Origin: the human T2T-CHM13v2.0 reference genome, Homo sapiens
NCBI RefSeq assembly: GCF_009914755.1
Contig: NC_060925.1
Direction: 5' to 3' (one strand)
Length of the DNA: 64,000 nucleotides
Positions 17,691 to 26,205 of the stretch are shown here, piece by piece. The notes under the pieces were generated by a model that did not search any database, was not told where the DNA came from, and saw only the letters and a list, made by a program, of their open reading frames with translations. How positions within the stretch are numbered: the first letter of the stretch is position 1; the number at the start of each line of letters is the position of its first letter. The position numbers were made by a program, and so were the translations under genes.

Positions 17691-20600
17691 AAATGAGAAG
17701 AAACACAGTAGTCTGTCTCATATAGAACATTTATAATACATAACAATCCATAAAGCCTCATGGTGAGGTAGGAACAGCTTTGGAAAATAACACACAGTCA
17801 TGAAAACATACAAAAAGTTAGGTAAAATGTTGCAGCACTAAAGATATTTTATCTGCATCTGTATTTAATGAGATGATAACTGCATTTAACTGGCCCACAT
17901 CTGGCCCAAAGGACAGGCAACAGAAGACACAAAACAACACAACATATAAGTTTCATAATCACAGAATATACTGATACACTTCATTGTGCTGTTTCAAGGC
18001 AGAACCATAACATGGCAATTTGTGTCTTTTTATATATATATATAACCACATATTAATTGTATGTTACATTCCCTCCAGCATCTTTTTGCCAAAGACACTG
18101 GACCATAAAATTTTTGGTTTAAAAGTTTAAATTGAATAACATACAAAAGGCTCTTGTGCCAGTGAAAATGACTGCTAAATATTCCAGAGCTTGTTAGTAA
18201 AACAAAATAGCATTACCACATAGTATCGGTAGAGCTACATCAAAATAGTGCTATTATAATCCCAATTTCAGAGACGTGAAACACTGTATGACACAGTTTC
18301 AATTTTAAAAATGACAAACAAAAAACCCCTACACCTTCCCAAGAGTTTTAACACTGTTTATGACTTAACTGAAACTCAGTATTAAAATAAATATTTTTAT
18401 ATTGTAGAATTACTCTCCATATTTGTGTGAACATCTTAAGACAGCAGGTTAATGACATTTTTATCATTCAAATGATATCTGCTTATACACAGTAAAAATC
18501 TTCAACTCAACACCAGTTAACATACGAAATACTTCACATTAGGTTCCATAGGTCTTTTCCCTCAAAACTGTCAAAAATTCAAAATTAACTTAAGGATGTT
18601 AATAAGACACAAACGGTTAACACAGCCTTCTACCTACTGTGATTTTCCAAGGTGCATTTGATGGACATTTTTCCTATTCAAGTTACATACCTTAGTTATT
18701 CAACATACTGTTCTCTAAAATGTTAAAACACATACAGCAAAGTTTTTGAGGATTCTGTTTTTTAGGTTTTAGTCCATAGTTTTACAATGCAGACATCCTT
18801 CAGAAAAAACTAAGCAATCATAAAAGCTAAAAGGTGACAATGGAGAATTAAATCTCTCATCACTAAGGCTGCATTTGGCTTGGAAAAATTTCTTGGTTTT
18901 AATTCAGGCACATGCAGCACCTCCTTTTCACTAAACTGAGACAACAGACAAGTTTCTAAACACATATTCTACACTGATCTTGCTCAAATATAAAAGAGCC
19001 AGCAGGAGAGATGCAACTCCTAAAACTGATGCAGTGTTATAAAATAGCATATTTAAATATTGGGTTTAAGTCTCCTAATAATTCAGAGTATTTCCCTCAT
19101 TTTCTTTCAGAAAGGAATAAGCTATTTTGAGAAAGACACTTAAATCCTACAATATTTAAATACAAAAGCATGTCTTTTTTAAAAGATAATGCTAATATAG
19201 CTACAATGGGTTAGAAAGTGCATTGTAAAGAAATAAATAATTCTCTGCTAAAACTCAAAAGGTGAGTCAGTGCCCACTGTTTCTGCCGACAGTCATTTGA
19301 AAAAAGAAAATCCTATGGTACCACCATTATATATAAGCTACTTAAAAATTATGAAAAGTGAAATAACTCAAACCTAAAGGCTGTTATCTTCAAAGCACTT
19401 TTGAAAAACAAACAAACATAGCCCTTGTCCTATGCTTATATACCATTTTTTAAAATCCTCATTCAGTTGATGTCTTGTACTTAGGTGTCATGCCATCTTT
19501 AAGACACAGACCTCAAGTAGAGCATTTGTAAAGAAAACCTCATTGAATGTAATATATTTTATCAGTTATCTTTGTATCATTGCTGAAATGTTTATGTAAC
19601 AAATTGATATCTGAATAAAATGTTCTGTAAAGTATTAAATCAGGAATGTACATGATACAGTACAATTCACAGCTTTCTCTTCTTGTTCGCCCAGATGAGA
19701 TCCCTCAATTTCATGTTTAAAAAAAACCACCCAAACCTTTTCGCAAAATTCAAGGTAACTATCAGTTTAGGAATTGAATTACACAATATCAGATAAGAAT
19801 ATTAAAAGATCAAGATGTATTGCAAACTGGCAGGTTATGGTTTTGGCCCATTATAGTAAATGTGAACTTACAAACTGTGTTCCTAAAATTACCATATTTT
19901 CACTGGAAAAAATCAGCTGTTCTTAAATAGGCCCATCGCCAGCAATAGGCTTATACTAGGAAAAACACACACCACAAAAGATCATCCCTTTAAAAAGTAA
20001 CTGTCAAATCCTAACACTTTTTCCTCTTACAACCCATTAAACAATGAACTATTTTAAATCCCAAAACGTAGCCATCCCAAAAGTAGTCAGCTATAAAAGT
20101 AGTCAGAATACCTTGTTTCTAGAAAAATAGAGCTATACATAACTGATGCTAATATTAATCCTTTCAAGGACAAAAATCTAATTTTGTCACAAAGCATACC
20201 CTCTATCAAGAAAAATATAACTTAAACACCCTTAAATATTTGTGTTGGATTTGAAATCTATAGCAATAATGAAATAGCCACAATTTTCTGTGTAGATATT
20301 GTGGCATCTTGCAAAATAAGCCACTATTGGAAGATCTGAGTATGTGAAGACAGGATGACTTACAAAATCTTAATTAATTTTGCTTTAATTATTAATTTTG
20401 CTAAGAATTTAATATCCAAACTGCATTAACCTTCTGGTTTTCTTTCCTCTCAAGTCAGTGACTCTTAGAAAGCACAAACATTGCTGGTTGTGCTCAAAAA
20501 GCTCCATTTAAATCCATTCATGATTGGTTATCATGAAATGACCTTGAAAATTTTTTTTCAAACGCCCGGTTTAAAAGATTACATTAATCGTTTGCGTTTA

Positions 20601-21133
20601 GCATGTAATTATTAGGTGTCAACATCCTTAAAAATACTTATATATTTTGTAAATAAACTTGCAGCTCAATGTTTTTATACCAATCTTTCAAAGAAAGTAA
20701 TGCTGGTGAACATGTCCAAGTTTCAGATTAACTTTGGTAGAATAAAAAGTTGAAATTCTCAAAATAATTTAGAAATGTAGTCTCAATATTATCATACAAT
20801 AACCTAAATATTTAGTTTGGTAAACTTTCTTCCTTGCTCTTACTACCCCATTTGCCCCATTGTGTGTAAACTGTAGTTCAATTTGTTAATTATCTTACTG
20901 TTTAATAGCCAGCAATACAGAATACAGGATAGTAACTGATCTTATTTCCTACTAATAGCCATGAGTCACTCTTAAAATATGCTGCCATTATGCTATGTAA
21001 TGATCTCAAAGGGCAATATCACCTAAAATGTCAAAGGAAACAAACTGTTGATGATTTTAAAGTTCTATCAATTATAATTCTAATAAAGTATAACACTGGG
21101 GGAAAAGAAAAGCAGAGAAATTCCAGTAACAAT

Positions 21134-21139
21134 TTTATT
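21134..21139 (-). terminator. Proximal polyadenylation signal AATAAA
   Basis: TTTATT on +; followed on the mRNA strand by a U-rich downstream element (UUUCUCUGCUUUUCUUUUCC, 21120-21101). Confidence 0.7.
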
Positions 21140-21469
21140 TATCCCCCTAATTTTTATCATGGGAAAAATCCAGAAATCAAATGTCATTATGTTATATAAG
21201 GTTTAACTTACTTTAAACAAAAATGTAACATAGTGTTAAAACTGGCTTTCCAAAACAGTCACAGCATAGCTGTACTCTGTACTAATAATCACAAAATTGT
21301 AATATAGAACTCTGTTATGCAGTCCCATTATGTTCTTACAAAAATAGAATTAAACTGTGTGACCAGACAAGGACTTCAATTACACTACTTGGCAAACTTA
21401 GAATTTCAGTGGAGTCTTTTTCCTCTTGCAGTTTAAAGCAAAAGTCAAATATCACATCTTTTTCAAGAC

Positions 21470-22371
21470 TCACAAAGATGATTCAGGTTGTTTGTTTGGC
21501 ATGTTTTTAATCTCTATCACAACAGCAGGGATGTTTTCAGCTTTAGTCCTCCTGGGCTTCTTCTCTAGATTGTTACTAAGTTCTAAACAAGAAATGCTAA
21601 CTGCTGGGGTCTTTTCTGCATCCTTTCCAGAAGGGGCTTGTGGTAGTGTCCCACAACATTGCTTCAAAGCACACTGGGTTCTGCAGGCAAGTTCACACGG
21701 AACTACACTTGATTTAGAGCCTACACTAGCAAATTCAGGCTGAATGGTAGTAGCGTGAATTCCGTGATTATGAAAAACGTCTTTAATGGTTTTAGCCACC
21801 TCCATGTATGATGTTGGATCTTCACATTTTATGTGAGCAGTGGCAATGATTCTGCTTCCAGCAAGTTGCCAAACATGTAATTCATGAACTTCCTCAACTC
21901 CTTCAACATTTCGAAGTTCTTTTATCAAATTTCTGATATCAATTTGTTTAGGAACAGTTTGTAGAAGAATAAGAGCAGATTCCTTAAGTAATGGATAGGT
22001 TGTGTAAAGAAGTATACAAACCATTACAACACAAAGAGTTGGATCTAAATATAGCACCCAGCAAGGACCAGCCTCATAAACTGATGCATGAGTACTATTA
22101 ATTATTTCTACAAATGCTTTGCAGGGGTCAGGGAAACATGGATTCACACAAAAATCCCCTTCAGAACAACCTTTCCAAGAAAAGTAAAAGACTAAGGCAT
22201 TTACTACTACAATCACTGAACCCAAGGCATCTCCAAGGACATGCAGAAAAACTCCACGCATGTTAAGTTGTCCGGCCCTATCTTCTTCCAGTTCCATATG
22301 GTCAGGTTCTCTGACAAGATTTCCATTCACTTGTACTTCCACTGTATCACCACTTCTGGGGTTTTCTGGGT
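21470..22371 (-). CDS. SLC30A1: Zinc transporter ZnT1, coding exon 2 (902 nt incl. TGA; TM5-6, Cys-rich loop, cytosolic C-terminal domain)
   Basis: Acceptor tttctttgtag|AC at 22372/22371 restores the frame (DPENPRSGDTVEVQ); TM5 VFLHVLGD HxxxD motif, NST sequon, HELHVW/HIKC/HNHGIH CTD motifs, C-terminal ESSL; 622+902=1524 nt = 507 aa. Confidence 0.98.
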
Positions 22372-24072
22372 CTACAAAGAAATAAAAATTTTATATCAAA
22401 TACATTTAAAGTGTTTATATAAACATCCTTGTCTAATTCTTTTTAAGTGGTGATGAAGGTGAAAATTTTTTCAGAAAGTACAATTAAAAAAATGTGCTCA
22501 GAGCAATTTAATATAAATTGACATTCTGGGAATGAGCCAGGACATAATAGCCAGGGCTAAATTAAGTCATTGTGATACTGCTTCTTCACCCTCCTAACCA
22601 CTCTCCTGCCTCCTCCTCTCCAAAATAGTGTATATTTTCTATGGGGGTGGAGTCCTGCAACCATTCTGCTATACTTTATGGTATATACAAAGGAAAACAT
22701 AAAATTGAATGCTAACACCAAAATTAAATGCAGCTAGGAATAAGTCTACTAATACAAAATACCTGATTTGACACTCGGGCACTCTCTAGTCACTCTTTGT
22801 CACTGAGGCCAATTGCTTGAGAATAAAACCAATTTTAACTTTTAAACTTTTATTATGAATATAAAAGTTTCTTGGTAGGGGGGTTTAAAAACTGACAAAT
22901 CAACAATAAAAATCAATAATCACAGAGATTATTAGAAAAATTGAAACTAAATGACTACCTGCCCTACTAACTTTTAAATCAAAAGTATTGATCTTTTCAA
23001 AAAGTATTGATCAAAAGTATTCAAAAAGATAAAAAGTATTGATCTTTTGAAATTACACACCAGAGAAACTTAATTTTCTTTGGAATAACACCTTGCCGAG
23101 TGGAGTGAGAGGAAAACCAATTACTTATTAAACCTTTCCAATGTACAACTTGAATTTCACTAACTTCATATTCTGCACTCGAAAAGGAAAATTATGTAGC
23201 ATAATTTATAATGATACAAGGTAAATAAACGTAAGTGAAGGAAATAAGACCAAATTGTTAAGCACCATTGAGCTTGGGTAGTAGGACACTGGTTGAGTCA
23301 TTTCCATCTCCTTTCTTTCAACATTTATTTTCAAATTTCCTTCAAGAGCACTTAATGTTAAATATAAAAAGCATCCACTAAAAATATAAGATGAATAAAT
23401 TACCATCACTTTTAGTTCAGTACGATTATGAAAAGTCCTGGGAAAATGTTAAACATGCCCAGACAGGTCCTAAATCTATGATTTCCAGGATTAGGGATCA
23501 ATTAGCTGAAGCATACACTGCTGTTCATAAAAGAAACCTTTAACCAGGGTTTACACGCTCTGAATGCATATTATGAAACGGAGTTCAATGGGCATAAGAA
23601 CTACTTTGGCAGAGCAAGGTTTCCAGCACCCAACTACTGGGGACGAATTGGGGATTCTCTCCGTTTCCCAAGAGGGCCAAGGAATTGAATTGGGAAGCAT
23701 TTCTGACGCTGTTATAACCATAACCAGACAAGTCTCCAGCAAAGTTGCTGCAGCCTGTAAAGACAGCCAAGTGCGGGTGTGGACTGCAGCGGGATGATGG
23801 TCACCTCCTGACCCTTTTTCTTAGGGTCTGACCCACAGCCCCCACCTACAAATATGCCAGACGCGTCGCCGGCTCCTTGCACCCGACTGAGGGGGTTCTG
23901 ATTTCCTGGAGCAGCAGCGGGGCGTGTGCAGGACGGGGAGGGAGCAGGCAGGGGCGGCGCGGCGCAGGCCCGCTCGGGCAGCAGGGGGCGTGCGGGCCAC
24001 CCCGCCGAAGGCCAGGCGAGGCTCTGGGCACCCCAAACCCAACCACCTGCGGCAGCGACTTTCCCGGCTCAC
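22372..24072 (-). other. SLC30A1: SLC30A1 intron (1,701 bp, GT-AG)
   Basis: GTGAG donor at 24072, polypyrimidine tract plus TAG ending at 22372; joining gives an uninterrupted CDF ORF. Confidence 0.96.
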
Positions 24073-24694
24073 CTGCGGGGTCCAATTTCAGCCCGTTGGA
24101 GTTGCTGGTATTGGCCACCAGGGTGTTGGTCTCCTCCTGGTCGGGACCCTGCTCGCCCGGGGCCACGTTGATGTCGCTGCTCCCGGGGCGGGTGCTCTTA
24201 ACGCGAGGCCCCTTGGGGAGGCCGTGGCCGTGGCCGTGACCCCCGTGCGAGTGGCCGTGGCCGGAGTCCTGGCTGAAGCCGCTGTGATGGTGGAAGAGGC
24301 AGAGCCCCAGCACGTTGACCAGCAGCCCGGCCACGCCGACCCCAAGGACCACCAGCGGCTGCTGCATCTCGTGCGGCTCGATGAAGCGCTCGATGGCCTC
24401 CAGCAGGATGGCGAAACAGAGGCCAGTCAGGAAGATGGCGTTCACCAGAGCCCCCATTACCTCGGCTCGGATCCAGCCGAACGTGTTCTTCTGGGTGGCG
24501 TGGGTCCGCCGGGCGAAGCGCTCGGCCACCAGCGCCACCACCAGCGCCAGCACGTCCGACAGCATGTGGAAGGAGTCGGAGAGCATCGCCAGCGACGAGG
24601 TCACCCGGCTCACCACCACCTCCAGCACCATGAACATGAAGGTCAGCGCCAGCATGCACAGCAGCCGGCCCCGGTTCCGACCCCAACACCCCAT
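24073..24694 (-). CDS. SLC30A1: Zinc transporter ZnT1, coding exon 1 (622 nt; TM1-4 and His-rich loop)
   Basis: ATG at 24694 in strong Kozak context gccgcagccATGG; translates MGCWGRNRGRLLCMLALTFMFMVLEVVV...SFHMLSD (CDF TM2 HxxxD)...HHHSGFSQDSGHGHSHGGHGHGHG...LDPA; ends at donor CAG|GTGAG (phase 1). Confidence 0.98.
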
Positions 24695-25245
24695 GGCTGC
24701 GGCTGCGGGGCCCGCCGAGCCCGGCCCGGAGACTGGTGCAGCGGCGGCGTTGGCGGGACGCGGAGGGTCGGCGACCGCGACACGGAGGAGCGCCCGAGTC
24801 GGGCCGTTCGGGAAACCGCTGAGGGGCCCCCGCGGCCGCACGGGGACAAGCCCGGGTCAAGCCGCCGAGCCCCGCGCCTGTGGGCGTTCTCCGCCAGCCG
24901 GCGGCGCCGCGCCGCGCAGCTCCTCAGGCGTCCGTCCTCAGAGCCGGCGCCGAGGCCCGGCTCAGCCTCAGCAGCCCCCACACCCAGGCGGCGGCGGTGG
25001 CGGGGAGCTGGGCTCCCGGAGCCGGGGTACCAAGAGCCGCAGCCGGAGCAGGAGCAGGAGGGCGGCGGGCGAGGGCGGCAGGAGAGGGCGACGGGCAGCT
25101 TCGCGCCGAGAAAGCTCCGAGCATCTGAGGGCTCTGCTTGCTGGTCTCCTCTGCGGCGGCTGGACTGAGGAGCGGATGGCTGAGGAGCTAGAGAGGCGGC
25201 GGCCACGGCAGCTGCACTCGGCCCGGTCTCGGGCGCCTTCTTCGC
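24695..25245 (-). other. SLC30A1: SLC30A1 GC-rich 5' UTR (TSS approximate)
   Basis: Very GC-rich sequence between the ATG and the CCAAT/GC-box/MRE promoter cluster; upstream limit inferred, not directly visible. Confidence 0.6.
25213..25224 (+). promoter_or_regulatory. Metal-response element (MTF-1 site)
   Basis: TGCACTCGGCCC, full match to TGCRCNC core plus GGCCC flank. Confidence 0.8.
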
Positions 25246-25285
25246 CCCCCCGCCTTTGCAGACGGTTTACAAAAAAACTTTGCTT

Positions 25286-25294
25286 TGCACTCGG
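25286..25294 (+). promoter_or_regulatory. Metal-response element (MTF-1 site)
   Basis: TGCACTCGG; a one-mismatch partner TGCAGACGG lies at 25257-25265. Confidence 0.8.
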
Positions 25295-25338
25295 AACCCC
25301 CGTTTTCACACGGACCCGAGCGTGACAAGGCCTTGCCG

Positions 25339-25553
25339 CCCCGCCCACCAGGCCCGGCACGCTTCCCCATTGGTCAGGACCCCCTCACGACAGCCTCGGC
25401 GTCCCGCCCAGCCACGCTCACTATTGGATGGAGCCTCGGAGGGGCGGGAAGGGGGCGGGGTCGCGGCTCCAACAGATAGGGGCGGGGCCTTTTCCTCCCG
25501 GAGCCGGGCGTGGGCCGGGGGGCCGTGGCCGGGTGCAGCGGCGGGCGAATTGG
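25339..25553 (-). promoter_or_regulatory. CCAAT boxes and GC boxes of the proximal promoter
   Basis: ATTGG at 25369, 25423 and 25549; CCCCGCCC/GGGGCGGG at ~25339, 25441, 25452 and 25479. Confidence 0.7.
25527..25537 (-). promoter_or_regulatory. Metal-response element (MTF-1 site)
   Basis: Minus strand TGCACCCGGCC. Confidence 0.7.
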
Positions 25554-25559
25554 GGGCGC

Positions 25560-25571
25560 GGGCCGCGTGCA
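25560..25571 (-). promoter_or_regulatory. Metal-response element (MTF-1 site)
   Basis: Minus strand TGCACGCGGCCC, full extended consensus. Confidence 0.75.
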
Positions 25572-26019
25572 GCGGGAGGGGGAGGGGCTGGCCGGGTCCC
25601 CTCGGGTGTGGCGGAGTCCTGGCCTGCGGACCATCGCAACTCCCAGCACACCTGCGGGGGCCGGGCTGCAAAGTCTGCAAACAGACTTTGATCCTCCGAG
25701 CCCAGTCCACGTGGGGGCGGGCCGCGCGGCGGCTGTGTGACAGCTCGGCGGCGGGGGAGGGGCCGGAGGGGAGCCCCTGAGCGCGGGGCCCTCGAGTACT
25801 CGGTCCTGTCGGAGGAGGCCGACAGACGCATAAACAAGTGCGACTGTAACTTGGGACTCTGCTGGACGCCGAGCTGAGGAGTTAGTCCTCCCGAAGGTCT
25901 GCTAGGGGCGTGGACCGAATCTTTGTACATGTTTTGGGAAAGCCAGTTTCTCCTATCACCATCAACCCCTGGAGACCTTGTGTGAACTCAGGTGTCTGTC
26001 ACTGATTATCTAAGGACAG

Positions 26020-26205
26020 TTCAGGGTACAGACTTCAGGCAGGAGAAACCTGGGCTCTGCTCCTTGCCTTGTCAATAGCCAGCTGTGTGGCTTTGAGCAA
26101 GTCACCTAATCTCTCTAGACCTGTTTCCCCATCTATAAAGGACTGGACAAATGCAACTCTGAAGATCCCCGTCTGACTCCAAAATTCTAAGGCTCTATGA
26201 TTTAA
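26020..26205 (+). mobile_element. MIR/MIR3
   Basis: gctgtgtggctttgagcaagtcacctaatctctct...ccccatctataaa...tctaaggctctatgatt. Confidence 0.7.

Larger units (their letters stand above)
17650..21469 (-). other. SLC30A1: SLC30A1 long AT-rich 3' UTR
   Basis: Alu-free AT-rich stretch from the stop codon to the distal AATAAA/ATTAAA pair at 17666-17690. Confidence 0.75.
23860..25920. promoter_or_regulatory. CpG island spanning the SLC30A1 promoter, exon 1 and 5' end of the intron
   Basis: ~2 kb of very high GC and CpG density against CpG-depleted flanks. Confidence 0.95.

Noticed and set aside
18090-21100. CAGUG loops in the 3' UTR as iron-responsive elements
   Set aside because: None of those checked has the 5-bp upper stem plus bulged C required
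21470-22342. 290-aa ORF as a stand-alone gene
   Set aside because: It is exon 2 of SLC30A1; the true boundary is the splice acceptor at 22371
22979-23050. Intronic repeat as a CRISPR-like array
   Set aside because: No unique spacers, irregular units, eukaryotic context
24695-24841. 49-aa N-terminal extension from an upstream GTG
   Set aside because: The GTG is in weak context (cccGTGc) while the ATG at 24694 has an optimal Kozak; no supporting evidence
23924-25325. Long + strand ORFs (414 aa and 336 aa) antisense to exon 1
   Set aside because: Expected shadows of a GC-rich coding exon and CpG island where stops are rare; low-complexity R/G/A/P content and no recognisable domain
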